Source: Eledone cirrhosa
Taxonomy: Eukaryota
Reading direction: 5' to 3'
Length of the DNA stretch: 64,000 nt
NCBI GenBank assembly: GCA_964016885.1
Contig: OZ024740.1
Location: 112,716,001 to 112,780,000 of the forward strand
The position numbers and the translations under genes are program-made. The notes beneath the pieces were generated by a model, which was not told the origin of the DNA, searched no databases, and saw only the letters and a list, made by a program, of their open reading frames with translations. This document shows, in pieces, positions 29,034-43,397 of this stretch. Positions within the stretch are counted from its first letter, which is position 1; each line of letters begins with the position of its first letter.

Positions 29034-30372
29034 TCTATACTATAAAGCTGACGGCCGTATGTAGGTAACAAACTTTCCGCCAAGCGGCTGGACCAAACAG
29101 CACCAAATTTGCACCATAGATGTAACTTTTGCCAAGTATTTTTGTCTACTGAATTTTGTTAAAAGATTAAAGACATTATTTAAATATTCACTTCTTTAAA
29201 ATTTCAAATGTCAACACTTCCGGTTATACGTCATTCCTCAGTTTTGCTTATAACGTCGCACAACATTTCCCTCTTTTTCTTAGTCTGTATGTCTGGCTGT
29301 CTGCATTTGATAACGTTTTTCGAAATATTTACTTCTGCGTTCACAGACTGATTTTTTTAAGTTTCAGAAGATCCCGTTAAGGGTGAAAGCAGCGATTCTT
29401 TGTTTAAACTTTAATCTGTTATTTTAATATATATATTCGTGTACAGATACTTTTGCATACACAAAAACGAAAACCTATTTATTTCATGAAAGCACAGACG
29501 ACTTATCGTCATTGTTACTGTTCGAGGCTAGAGGACCACAGTCTTTCCAAGATCTGAGAACCATCAATGACCATCAATGTTCCAATTACCGTTTGGCTTT
29601 CCAGATGCGTGGTATGTTACACGATAGCAACCATTGGCACCTCACCCTACAAGAAGCAGCAACTGCTAAAGTCCCTTCTCAGCTGCGAAAACATTTTGCT
29701 ATTATGCTGCACGACTGCGATCTCGCCGACCCTCTCACAATGTGGAACAACCACCGCGAAAGTCTAGCTGAGGACATCCTCCACCGCACACGCAGACACA
29801 ATCCGAACGCAACATACAATGTCGTTTTCAATGAGGCGCTCATTTGTCTTGAAAACAGTGTCCTGGAGATTGGTCACTACAGCTTACCTGCTCCCGACAA
29901 GAATATCCAGAGGTCAACGTCTACAGAGCTTCTCCGCGAGATGAGCTACGAGATCAGTGATTCTCCCATGGTCAATTGTATGTAGGATGATTTAGGGTGA
30001 GCTCGCCAAACAATCTCTTCCTCTTTGCTCCGGAGGGCCGAGCAAAACAATATTGTATACTCTGAGGCTCTAACAATGTAATTTAAATATTTTCTGTTAC
30101 TTGGAATTTCCATTATGGTTGTACAAATTATTGTTTCTTAAAAGATTTGTTCTCTGTTCAGCCTTTATTGTTGTAACTATCAATTTTCTTTAACGTACTG
30201 GCTGCTGAATTGGGGAATCCTAAAAACTATTCAAACCCAACATCAGAGCACGTTAACCCCCCCCCCCCCTCGCTGACTTGAGAGGGCGTGCGGTATCTTT
30301 GCACTAGAGTGTAGGGAGTTTCCTGAAAAGATAAAATCCCGGTATACCTAGTCAGCCGGACGGGACAGCTAG
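29034..30372 (+). mobile_element. Internally deleted Helitron
   Basis: A|TCTATACTATAAAG 5' end, weak hairpin then CTAG|T 3' end, internal RepHel fragment. Confidence 0.7.
29512..29985 (+). pseudogene. Helitron RepHel fragment (between the Rep and PIF1 helicase domains)
   Basis: RGPQSFQDLRTIN...RGML.D..HW..TL.EAA....PSQLR..FA.ML..C....P..MW......LAED. Confidence 0.8.
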
Positions 30373-30404
<32 letters not shown>

Positions 30405-30439
30405 TGGATAAAACGGTTTGTAACCGAAGAGATTTTGAA

Positions 30440-30960
30440 CATCTATACCTTCAATTCGAGTTAAAGAATTTATTTGAAATGCTCGGTTTGCCGAATTTTC
30501 TACTACCCTAATTCTAAGTTTCAATATATTTAAAGTCCTTTTGAATCTATAAGCTAATTCACCCCAGGGATTAGAACCTAGAAATATCACACCTTGGCTC
30601 CTGATGTTATTATTCCAACAGTTGACCTTATCTGTGTTTTTCCTTATTCTTTATAATCTATTCCAGAATTGTCTCCCATTTGCATCCTTGCTTGTGATAG
30701 TTTCAAACTTTGCCTTTGATCCTTTGTATGCTCAAATCCTATCCTCCTGGTTGTAACCGGACAACTGTACTTGGTGGATACATTTGTTGAGTGTGTCTTG
30801 TTAGTTTACTGGGATGGCACATACGGGAAAAGTTCGTTATCTCCCTTATCAGATCCGCTTTAAGAATGTTTATTTTTATGTCTTTTAATAACGCAGATCT
30901 CCGGAGGAGCTGCTGTGTAATGAAAATGGAGGATTTGTATTTTACTCTCTCTAGTTTGGT
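30440..30960 (-). pseudogene. Decayed PLE RT thumb/linker
   Basis: RSAL..IKINILKADLIR, LSGYNQ, and GELAYRFKRTLNILKLRIRVVEN resembling RRALNKHKLNIKIVERPG at 58.5 kb. Confidence 0.5.
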
Positions 30961-31487
30961 CAACCCGTGATTATATCAAATGACACATGCTAAAAAATGC
31001 CACACACTTGGACCTGACATAAAACGAAATGGTTGCGCAGTAACCTTCTTAACGACACAGCCATGCTTGCATTCTATCACACAGCCACAATTTCTATCTA
31101 CCCTCCTTGGGGTACGTTACTTTACAATGACACATTGGATCTAGTCTGGTTTTCTCTATAACGCCTAACTATCTACCCGCTTAGCATATATAAAAAGCTA
31201 TCTATATCACACATATACAAACACATATCGCACACAAAGATATTGCCCCAAAGGAACATAGAACCTTCCATCAAAGATCTTACCCTATCCTCATGCTTCT
31301 AATTCTTAAATGCTTAGAGTCGTTAGGAGGTAAAGTAATAATAACAATAATACGCATAAAAAGGACACGTATACAACCTTTCTAGTTCTATAATAAGAAA
31401 TACAGAGTGAAAGAAAAAAAAGAAGAAAGGGAGAAAAAGAATAATTTCGTTGACTGATTTAATCTATTGCAATATGTAATATACGCC

Positions 31488-31562
<75 letters not shown>

Positions 31563-31706
31563 GGGTATGAGTGGGGGCAAAGGAATCAACTAGAAAAAGG
31601 GTGGGAAGAAAGGTTAAAAAAAATGAAGACAAGACATTTTTGACTGCTATAAACTGAATACCGTGTTATTCGCAAAGAGTTTGAGATATATATGTATGTA
31701 AGTGTG

Positions 31707-31775
<69 letters not shown>

Positions 31776-31893
31776 GTGTGTGTGTATGTATATATATGTA
31801 TATGTATACATATGTAAGCATATGTATATATCTATTTATATACTCACGTATATATATGTATACATCATTATATATATATATATATATATATAC

Positions 31894-31965
<72 letters not shown>

Positions 31966-32097
31966 CACTATATATATATATATATATATATACATATATA
32001 TAAATATATATATATATAGTGATGTATACATATATATATGTGTATATACATAGATATATACATATGCATGTATATGCACATATATGTATACATATAC

Positions 32098-32193
<96 letters not shown>

Positions 32194-32240
32194 GCACACA
32201 TGTATATGTACATACAACCCCCGCCCCATATATATATATG

Positions 32241-32327
<87 letters not shown>

Positions 32328-33289
32328 TTGTATGGATGTAAACGGAGAGAGAAAGAAAGAAAGAAATATATGAGATGAGAGAAAGGAGGGGCTGTATATA
32401 TGGCGAGAGACAGGTTAATATTCGGTGTTACATCTGCCCGCGCTCATCAGCAGAGAAAGGTCGGAATTCTGACGCCGGCAGCTGTCTGCAAGACACGAAG
32501 GCGAAGTACGTGAGGCGCGTTGCCTAATTAACAGAAACATCTGTAGTTATCTTCAGATCTTTATTATTTTGAAGGCAAGACCAGAGGAGAATATAGAAGG
32601 TAAGAAGAAATAAGCAGAAAGAGGATGAGTAGAAGAAGAAGAAGAAGAAGAAGAAGAAGAAGAAGAAGAAGAAGAAGAAGAAGAAGAAGAAGAAGAAGAA
32701 GAAGAAGAAGAAGAAGACGGAGGGGGAGGAGGAGCAGCAACAGGAGGAGGTGTAGGTGAAGAATGTGGAGAAGAAGAAGAAAAAGAAAGGAAGAAATGGA
32801 CAAATAATAATAAGGAAAGACAGTTTGTGGTATGTGTGTATGTATGTATGTATGTATAGGTATGTATGCATGTTTGTATGTTTGTATTTATGACTATAAA
32901 TATATATATGTATAAATGCATGTATGTATGTTTGTATATATTCATAAATGTGTTCGTACCCATACACTTGCACATACCTAACAGTTTCGATTTTTATTAC
33001 AACTTGTATATTTCAATACAACAATACAAACCATATACTTTAAGTTTGCCCCAGAAAGAAAGGTTAACAGACACAGAGTTATTCCCCAGTAGTTTGTTGC
33101 TACCACATTTGAAGACAGTTTCACTGACGCTGTGGTATTGCATAGTAAGCAGCCGCCGGTAGCGAACATCCATATTCAGCAACTACGTTGTGCACATCAA
33201 TGTGAACAGCAGTTATTGAGTCTCGAACTTCAACAGCTCAGTTCGAGAAGTCCATTTGGGTAATTCTCTATCGCATTGCTAATCATAAG

Positions 33290-33725
33290 AAGGGTGTTGG
33301 ATTGGCTGTGTAGGCACAGCGGTAGACAAAATGCTTTGTATTCATTTACGACTTTCTACGTTCTGTATTCAAATACCATCTCGGTCAACTTTATCCTTCA
33401 TCAATCCGAGGTCGATAAACTATAGTACCAGTCCAATACTAATGTCGGTATAACCGACTTTCCCCATTTCATAAATTACTGGCCATTTGCCAAATAAGAA
33501 TCCATAATTTTGAAGGTCAAGGATTGACATAATCGTTAGAGCGTCAGACAAAATGCTTTGTAGCATTTAGTTTCATTCCGGGTTCAAATCCCGACGAAGT
33601 AAACTTACCCTTTCATCTCTTCAAGGTCGATACAATGAAGTAGCAGTCACTTACTGGGCTCGATATAAACAACTTCCTCTCCACACAAATTGTTGGCATT
33701 GGACCTAAATTAGAAATCATTATTC
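33290..33725 (+). mobile_element. Two adjacent diverged SINE A-related copies
   Basis: B-box ttcaaat(a/c)cc and ttcatc...ggtcgata...gtaccag cores. Confidence 0.65.
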
Positions 33726-34054
33726 ATCACCACAACAGATCTAACGATAATATAATTAAAAGTAAACAGTTATTGATAGTTTATTTTACTTAGATAGAGT
33801 TTAATTTCGAATATCCAAATTAAAATACCTTTTTTTTCTAGATTGTTATTAAATTAAGTGACATTCACTTTTGTGACTTCATTATTACAGTAAATAATTA
33901 CATTATATTAATTAAAATTTTCCTGTTTAAACTTACATTATTTAAAAGAGTAAAGAAAATTACTTTTTATTCGTATATAGCTGGAATAGAAAACGATTAA
34001 ATAAACGGGAATAATTAACGTTTAATCAGCAGTGTACATTTTTCTTATATACAT

Positions 34055-34086
<32 letters not shown>

Positions 34087-34128
34087 TGTATGTATGTATG
34101 TATGTATGTATGTATGTATGTATATATG

Positions 34129-34170
<42 letters not shown>

Positions 34171-34254
34171 AAAAGGATCAGGACCCCGACGACTGAGATC
34201 CAGCCGTTTCGACAGCTAGAACCGAACTAAGGGCTCATTATCACGCCCTCTTTG

Positions 34255-34312
<58 letters not shown>

Positions 34313-34409
34313 GCACACGCACACATAACTATAGATATAAATATGTATTAGAAAGTGAGGTTTTTTTTACAAAATGAAAAATAACCTAGGTGTCCTACAC
34401 GAGTGAAAG

Positions 34410-34795
34410 TATAAAGAAAAAAAGATGAAATCGAAAATGCAACTGGAATCTTATTTTTTAAAAATATATATATATTTATTTGGTTCCTTCACCGGTTTCG
34501 CAGTTCTTCTGCTTTACAAAAGTAGAGTTGAGATCTGGCTTCGGTGGGGCTCTGATCAATTTAGATCAATCGAAAGTATTCGATAGGGTCGACCATCGGT
34601 ACCTGGAGGCTGTCCTCAAGGCGGCTGGCTTCGGCCCCGTCTTCAGATGTGAGAAAGACCACAGACCCTCCATCTCAACTCTACTTTTGAAAAGCAGAAG
34701 AACTGCGAAACCGGTAAAGGAACCAAATAAATATATATATTTTTAAAAAAAATAAGACTCCAGTTGCATTTTCGATTTCATCTTTTTTCTTTATA
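34410..34795. repeat. 125-bp inverted repeat carrying a U3-A8 HHR, with a LINE-templated spacer
   Basis: Arms 34410-34534 and 34672-34795; spacer 34535-34647 matches 36098-36210. Confidence 0.85.
34682..34721 (+). ncRNA. Minimal type I HHR with U3-A8 core
   Basis: CUU UUGAAAA GCAG AAGAA CUGC GAAA CCGG UA AAG, then aataaa. Confidence 0.55.
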
Positions 34796-34853
34796 AATAT
34801 GTATATATATATATATGTGTATATATATATATATATACATGCACACGCACACA

Positions 34854-34903
<50 letters not shown>

Positions 34904-35663
34904 AAGAGCCATATATCGTTCGAGAAACACTATTTTGTACATATATAAAGTACATCATATTTATGAAAAAATACGTAGTTTAAGGTGGAAATTTTTTTCT
35001 TTCCTTATGGTACCATTTTATGATTCGTAAATCATAACAAAAATCGCTCTAAGCAATTGATTACCAATCACTGACTATCGATCACTGACTAACGCTACGG
35101 GAGACGTAAATCAATTATCAGAGGAATTCGTGTTGGGATAAGTTTCAATAGAGTATAGAGTACAAAATACTTTTATATCTGTCGGGATCCAAGAGTTAGG
35201 CCAACACCATAGACAGCATTGTATAAGACCGTTTTAACTGTGGCGGTAGATACAAATATGACTGGACGTTATATCCGCAAGAAAGAGGTAATTTTACCTA
35301 CTTACTCAAATAAAACAATATTACTCTCTGGTCTCGAATAACCACTCACCACATTGAATTTTGCTAATCTATCCCCGGCGAATTTTATTTTTAAGTGGTA
35401 GCAATCCTGCGACAACTAATCTTCTTTAGACATTAAAAAAACATTATACATGAAAAAGAAAAAAGAACATTACAAGAAATCTCATATGTTATAAAATAGG
35501 ATAGGTTGCGGTCTCAATATGTAAACTAAACGACTAATTCGGGTTTAAAAAAAAAATCAAAGGAGACATCCTAGAAAAATTATCGATTGCCAACCCTTCT
35601 GCTTATTCCAACATCCCCTATTATTTGGGACCGAATGTAACCATTGTCTAATATTACTTCACC

Positions 35664-37285
35664 CCACATGCGCTGCGAAAGGCCGATTATTTCAGCCGAG
35701 ATTCAGGATGCCCTTCTCGGCTGCATGAGGCGCAAGTCACCCGGTTTGGATGGTCTGCCCTACGAGCTTTACGTAAATATGCCAGACTTGTTCTCTAATC
35801 TCCTCGAAGCGCTCTACTGCAACTGGCAGCAAAACGGGAGTATTCCCAGTTCTGTGAGCCGAGGCGTAGTGATGCTGATAAGGAAAGACGAGAACAAGAG
35901 GGACACATTAGACAATTTCAGGCCCATAACTCTGCTCAACACAGAGTTTAAGATTTTGGCCAGAGTGTTAGCGAAGAGGTAGGCGCTTGTCGTCGGGCAA
36001 TTGGTTGGGGAGATGCAAGCTTGCGCAATCCCAACCAGGTCCATACACGACAACCTCCACCTAATGCGATACATGATAGAGAGAGTAGGGTGTAAACCTG
36101 GCTTCGGTGGGGCTCTGATCAATTTAGATCAATCGAAAGCATTCGATAGGGTCGACCATCGGTACCTGGAGGCTGTCCTCAAGGCGGCTGGCTTCGGCCC
36201 CGTCTTCAGAAGCTAGATCGCTGCAATGCACAGCGGCACCTGCTCGGTGGTCAAAATTAATGGCCACCTCTCGGAACCGTTTCAGGTCCCCCGATCGGTC
36301 CGTCAAGGGTGCCCTCTCTCCTCCCTTCTGTACGTATTGACTCTCGAGCCTTTACTGCGGAAGCTGGAGCTGTTGCAGGGCATCCCGCTCGAATCGGGAC
36401 GCGGAAAGGCTGTGTCGGCTTATGCAGACGACATCAACATGATGGTGTCGGACACCCCAGAAATCGAGGTGGTCGGCAACTTATTGGAGGAATATGAAAG
36501 GTTGGCGGGAGCAAAATTTAACCCGGAAAAATCGGTGGGCTTGCAACTCGGCACCTGGAGAGGCAAGTCCATGCCGTCCAACAGTGTCGTTAGGCGCTGG
36601 ACGGATGGACCGGTAAAGTTGCTCGGGTTTTGGTTCGGGCCAGACCTCCAGGTGGATAAGAATTGGGACGAGGTGACGGGCAGGGTAGCCAGTCTCACCC
36701 AGAAATGGGCTGGGAGGAAGCAATCACTGAAAGGTCGGGCGGAGGTGGTGAACGCGTACATCGCGTCTGTCATCTACTACCGTCTGACTGTTGTCCCTTG
36801 CCACCGTTCGCGCCTCGCCATCTTGGAGCGGCTCCTCTTCAAATTCTTGTGGAGGGGTCAGGTTCCGCTGGTGAGGCGGTCCATCTGCTGCCAGCACCCT
36901 CTACGTGGAGGGCTGGGAATGCTGTGGCTAATGATGCGCTGAAGCTGCGGCATCTCCAGATATTCTGCCTAAACGGTGAACAGGTGTGGTCGCCTTTGAC
37001 TGAGTTGCAGTCCTGGGTCAAGAAGAGACCGAGACTGGGTGACTGGCATCTGGAATGTTGCCAGGCACTCACTGCCCTCTACCAGGCGGGCAATGTGGTC
37101 AGTGGAACTTCCACTCTCGAGTTCTATAGAGGATTAGTGGTGGGCAAGTACGACGACGTACTCGGTTTCTTGTTACTTTGTTATTGTTATTCATATTGTT
37201 TACTCGATTTTTCTGTAAAACCCCACTGTCTCAGTCTTTTGTATTGTCCCCTATATGTCGGCCCTTGTGGCCAATAAATGAAATA
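35664..37285 (+). mobile_element. 5'-truncated, internally deleted Tx1/L1-like LINE (RT pseudogene) with 14-bp TSD
   Basis: KSPGLDGLP, NFRPITLLN, LDQSKAFDRV, VRQGCPLS, YADD with in-frame stops; TSD aatattacttcacc at 35650-35663 and 37286-37299. Confidence 0.9.
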
Positions 37286-37619
37286 AATATTACTTCACCT
37301 CACCACATAATCATTTCCTGCCTCTATGATTTGAGTCTATTCACTGTGGAGTGAAAAAGGAAAATAAAAACACAAAAGTGGCGCATGAAGCCTCTACATG
37401 ATTGCTTGACATAATAGAGATAGCAGCCAAAACATCCTCAAACCTCACTTCATCGGTTTCAGGCAGTTTCGCTACTATAATCTTACTCATGGCTAAATAT
37501 CAACAATATCAACATCATCAATTTATTTTCCTAGTTTATGGGGTGAAAATCAATGCATAGGCTAAGCAGAAATAAAATTCTTTACGCCGTAATTACTACT
37601 ACTACTACTACTACTACTA

Positions 37620-37655
<36 letters not shown>

Positions 37656-38572
37656 ACAATGATGATGATGATGATGATGCCATTGGTGGTAGACACTCTA
37701 ACAACAGTACCGCACTACAATTTTGAATTACACAGCTAATAATAATGTACTTTAAATCTTCCCTCTTAATAAAAAACGCGATGGCGATTAATTTCAGGAA
37801 GAGCCTACTTAAGAGAGAAAAATCGTTCTCCACACACCTGAATCCTATATTGTACATATGCCAGATGCTAGAAGCACCTGCCAGATAATATACAATATAT
37901 TATTTCTTTCTTTATGAAATAAAATACACACTCATACTTCACTTCTCTCTCTCACACACATACACACATACATATAATTTCTTTCACACACACACACACA
38001 CACACTCACACATATACGTACGAACACACATCCTAACACAAGCACACTAATGCTTATAGTTATGTAAGCATATAAAGTTCAGAGGAGACCACAACGACAG
38101 TCACCTCATTAGTATCTGGTCAACTGCCAATAAGGCCATTTAAAACAAATTTGATTAGTGAATGCGGCTGCTCATATTGTGTGGGATCGATGTCTCCTGG
38201 GGCTGGCACTATAGCCTGGTAAATCAGGGATTCATCTACCCATAAATGTCCAAGGGAACATAACCCTTTATTTTGATAGTTACTATTATCACTGTAGCCA
38301 CTTATGTTGATCAGGTTAACCGGACAACTCTTTATGGACTTAGTTTCCGTTTAATCAGGGGACCACTCAGATAATTTGAGGTATCTACTACCTTCAAGGA
38401 TGCTCTCTATGTTAGTCAGGCAACTGTAGCCACTCATATAAAAAAAGAAAAAAAAGAAACAGTACAGTATTGTCAAGCGATATATGGTATTTGAAAGAAT
38501 CACAACTGTCAAAACCTTAATACCACCCAGTCAATATTACACTTGAGCAACATGCACACTCAATATGCAAAT

Positions 38573-38685
38573 TACTGTCGTTTCTTTATAGAGGAAAAAT
38601 TCTTCATCCTTGCACAAAACAATAGACATTAAACAGAAGAAGAGAACTGATTTCTAAATGCCGTCATGGGAACAAGTTCAAGTAG
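38573..38685 (+). pseudogene. PLE GIY-YIG C-terminal relic
   Basis: YCRFFIEEKFFIL (frameshift) TLNRRRELISKCRHGNKFK*. Confidence 0.6.
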
Positions 38686-39323
38686 ATAACATTAAAAGGC
38701 TATGCATGGCTATTATATTGGAGAAAGAATTTCTAAAATGCATCAAATACTATGACAGTTACTCGGAGAAATGAATGTTTCTCTTTTTGCACAGACGATC
38801 CTTTGTCATTAATGTCATTGCAAACGTAATAATCAGTGACTTGGCTGTTCTAAACCTGTTATCAACGGTACTATTGTCTACAACATTCAATATGAAATTC
38901 AAAAGAAATGCTTAATGTTACATCACTATACAACACTTTTCTACTCGTCACAGAAATAAACCATCGTTTTGCATTTATGCAGATAAGAAGTGTCGAACTA
39001 ACCTTGCCATTCTTTGGCAGGAAGGAATATTAGTATAGCACATAGGGTTATTTATCATCTAATGGGAAGATAAAAATCATTGAAATGCAGGCATTAGGAT
39101 AATCTGTTATGAGTTTCTGTGTACAGAGGAATAGTTGTATGTGTTTTCATCTCACAATTCTTTTCATAGCAACGGGTTTTAATTAAACGCAAGTTATATC
39201 TACATGAAATTAATATTCAGCACACTGGATATTTTTAACACTGTCACACCCACACATTTCCATTGAAAAATAACGATAGTGTGTAACACCTAAATATATA
39301 TATATATATACACACGCACACAC

Positions 39324-39453
<130 letters not shown>

Positions 39454-39911
39454 ACACACATATATATACACACACATATATATATATATATATATTTATT
39501 TATTAAGATAACAGATTAAAGTTTAAGCAAAGAATCGCTTCTTTCACCCTTAACGGGATCTTCTGAAACTAACAAAGTCAATCTGTGAACGCAGAAGTGA
39601 ATATTTCAAAAAACGTTGCAACCGGAGGAAGACAGGAAGACGATACTTTGGTTTGTGGAAACGTTCTCTGGCAAAGAACGGGAAAAAACGAATATAATAC
39701 GTCATTATTTGGAGCGGTGAAAAACAATTACACTTACCTTATGCATATTAACGGCTGAGTAGCCCAATTTGCATATCGAGTGGGTTAATCGGCCGGGTGC
39801 ACCGAAAACCATAAACGGAAAACATGAAACGAAATTTCATTTCCCACTCTTAGTACGGCTGTTACTTAAATATAAGTATGTAGACGTTCATACATATATG
39901 TATACAGGTAT

Positions 39912-39954
39912 ACGTTGCTGACGATAGCTAATAAGCTTGAAACTAGTACAGCGT
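39912..39954 (+). ncRNA. Minimal type I HHR
   Basis: ACGUUG CUGACGA U AGCU AAUA AGCU U GAAA CUAG UA CAGCGU; palindromic stem III. Confidence 0.8.
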
Positions 39955-40061
39955 TCCTTTGTCAGTGTTGAACAAACGAGCAACGATGGTTGCTAGACAC
40001 TACGGCTTAATACGGGATGTTTGTCGGTGAATCCATACGTACATATATATATGTGTGCATG

Positions 40062-40097
<36 letters not shown>

Positions 40098-41656
40098 CTA
40101 CTGTACGTCTGTATACATATATGTATGAACGTGTACATACTTATATATATATACATATATAATAAAGTTAAATAAAAGTCAAATGATTAAAATTTAACTT
40201 CGTTTATTACTGCTATATATATTTCAGTGACAGCCATCTTTGGCTGTGACCTCTTCAGGCAGTTTGAATTAGTATGGTATAGACAAGTACATATGTTGTT
40301 TAGGTGTATGATATTGTCAATACTCTGATATGCCCAGTTCCTTGCTGGGTTGTTAATTCACTGGGGAACTGGAGTCATATGAATTCAAACAAACGAATTT
40401 TCGTGTCACAGGTCCCCTTCTCCTCTCATTGGTCAGTTATTAGTGTTGTCATTGTTGGAGTTAGCTTAAAAATTGATAAAATGGTAGAAGGGACAAGGTG
40501 TTGAAGGAACAAAATATCAAAAAATGTGTCAAACTTCCCATTGTTCAGTTCTGAGAGCATTCCTCAGTCAGAAGTCTATAGAATTCTTTCTGGGGTGAGG
40601 CTCCCTGTAGTGTTTATGCCTGCTATTGTTCAGTACATTTGACCTCCACCATTATTTTGGTACTGTTGTTGTTGTAGTGGTCAGCTTATACCTTGCTGCT
40701 GCTAACAATTTAGAAGTATTCAGTTTGTGTTTTCTCTTCATCCCACCCGCCACCATCGTAGTGGTGGTGGTGGTGGTGGGGGGGGGGGTTCTTTCATGTA
40801 TATGAAGAAATATAAGGCAATAAATGAAGAAAACAGAAGATAAATAAATAATATAATAAAATAAAATAATTAATATAATTTGTGTAATTTGAAAATAAAT
40901 AAATAAATAGAGAATAAAGAATAAAGAGTAAATGAGAGATTGGTGAAAAAGTAATGATAATGTATATGGAGAAGTGAGAAATAATTGTTTCTACTTTAGG
41001 CACAAGGCCAGCAAATTACCCAGTGCATTACTGGTACTTTATTTTATCGACCCCGTAAGGATGAAAGGCAAAGTCAACCTCGGCGGGATTTGAACTCAGA
41101 CCGTAAAGGGACGTAACTATGCTGGAAAGCATGGCGTCCGACCCTCTACCGATACTGCCAATCCACCACCCTGACGTGAGAAATAATGTAGGATAAAGTG
41201 TGTGTGTGTGTGTGCTATAACCAATCTCAAGGTCAGAATATGTTGGATAGATTGGTATGATACAAGATGTTAAGATGAGATATTCAATGTGTTTGTGTTA
41301 TAATCTATCTCAACTTAAAATAAATATAAGGTTATACAGTGAAGAGGGCAGAAAACAAATAACAAATTAATAAAGAGAAATCAAGATTTAAGATTGGAAC
41401 TTTAAAGTCAGAAATCTGGTAAATTAAAAGTGTTTGTGTTATAGATGTTGGCCAGATTATTATGGCTGTGAGCGATTCTATCTCTAGGCTATCATGGTGT
41501 CTGCTCCGCCAGGGTTGTTCCCTATGGCTTGAGGGGAGTTCACAACCTAGGGTGATGTAATTGTCCATATAGCTTGAGGGAGGTCTGGCCGAGAGGTGTT
41601 TTCATGTTCTGTGGAAGTCCCTATAGCTTGAGGGGAGTTCACATCTTCTTGTGTTG

Positions 41657-42040
41657 CTACTGTCCATATATTTTGAGAAAGGTCCCGGCTCTAAGGTGTC
41701 TGCATGTCCCGAAGAAGTCGGTTCTGAGGTTTATCAGGCCGCTTCCACCTCTTAGTATCTCGAGGGTCTCGTTCAGGCATAGTTTGCATATGCAAGATCC
41801 CCCTTTATCGGGTGGTACTTTCCTGATTATGTACCAGGCCAGAGAGTATGGGGTCCTGTCCAGCTTAAGCTTCCAGATCAGGTCGGAGAGAGCTGTGCTT
41901 TTCCTTTTGGCCTCCTTCTTGAATGAATGGCGATGGTTGTACCAGCGGTCCTTAAAGCTCGTTGATGTGGCTCCTATGTAGAGGTGTTCGGAGTTGGGGG
42001 TTTTAACCCTACAACCGTACACTATGTTCTTCTTGAGACA
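41657..42040 (-). pseudogene. PLE GIY-YIG endonuclease domain
   Basis: VYGC....YIGATSTSFKDRWYNH..SF...CKLCLNE...NLRTDFFGTCRH. Confidence 0.85.
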
Positions 42041-42708
42041 TTCATTACCAAGGGGGCTATTCTCTATTTATTTATTTATTTTCAAATTACACAAATTATA
42101 TTAATTATTTTATTTTATTATATTATTTATTTATTTTCTGTTTTCTTCATTTATTGCCTTATATTTCTTCATATACATGAAAGAACCCCCCCCCCCCACC
42201 ACCACCACCACTACGATGGTGGCGGGTGGGATGAAGAGAAAACACAAACTGAATACTTCTAAATTGTTAGCAGCAGCAAGGTATAAGCTGACCACTACAA
42301 CAACAACAGTACCAAAATAATGGTGGAGGTCAAATGTACTGAACAATAGCAGGCATAAACACTACAGGGAGCCTCACCCCAGAAAGAATTCTATAGACTT
42401 CTGACTGAGGAATGCTCTCAGAACTGAACAATGGGAAGTTTGACACATTTTTTGATATTTTGTTCCTTCAACACCTTGTCCCTTCTACCATTTTATCAAT
42501 TTTTAAGCTAACTCCAACAATGACAACACTAATAACTGACCAATGAGAGGAGAAGGGGACCTGTGACACGAAAATTCGTTTGTTTGAATTCATATGACTC
42601 CAGTTCCCCAGTGAATTAACAACCCAGCAAGGAACTGGGCATATCAGAGTATTGACAATATCATACACCTAAACAACATATGTACTTGTCTATACCATAC
42701 TAATTCAA

Positions 42709-42763
42709 ACTGCCTGAAGAGGTCACAGCCAAAGATGGCTGTCACTGAAATATATATAGCAGT
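42709..42763 (+). ncRNA. Type I HHR in pseudo-LTR (mirror copy 40209-40263 on -, sense to the ORF)
   Basis: ACUGC CUGAAGA GGUCACAGCC AAAGAU GGCUGUCACU GAAA UAUAUA UA GCAGU. Confidence 0.85.
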
Positions 42764-42910
42764 AATAAACGAAGCTAAATTTTAATCATTTGACTTTTAT
42801 TTAACTTTATTTTACACTACTCCGGAGTGACCAAACCAACCTGCGCACTTCGTCGAGTGCTCCAGCCTGCATATTGAGGTGTGGTATACAACCAACATAA
42901 ACTCAAAATC

Positions 42911-42994
<84 letters not shown>

Positions 42995-43033
42995 TTATTG
43001 AAATAACAGATTAAAGTTTAAGTAAAGAATTAC

Positions 43034-43101
<68 letters not shown>

Positions 43102-43267
43102 CTATTTATAGTTATGTATATAAACAACTATAAACAGGAAAGGTCAGTGATTTCCTACTACCTTATTACCAGTAAGAATATCAGTTGTTTTACAGAGCAG
43201 GAAAATAAATAAATTAGACAATTATCAAAATGATTTGAACACAACTTTGATAATTGTCTAATTTATT

Positions 43268-43397
<130 letters not shown>

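Larger units (their letters stand above)
40161..42910 (-). mobile_element. 5'-truncated Penelope-like element with inverted pseudo-LTRs (40161-40916 / 42058-42811)
   Basis: About 755-bp near-identical inverted arms around a GIY-YIG fragment; SINE A nested at 40981-41172. Confidence 0.9.

Noticed and set aside
32390-32530. TATA-like box with CpG-rich downstream sequence, and a CTGATGA on the minus strand
   Set aside because: No HHR fold; a promoter call cannot be supported from sequence alone
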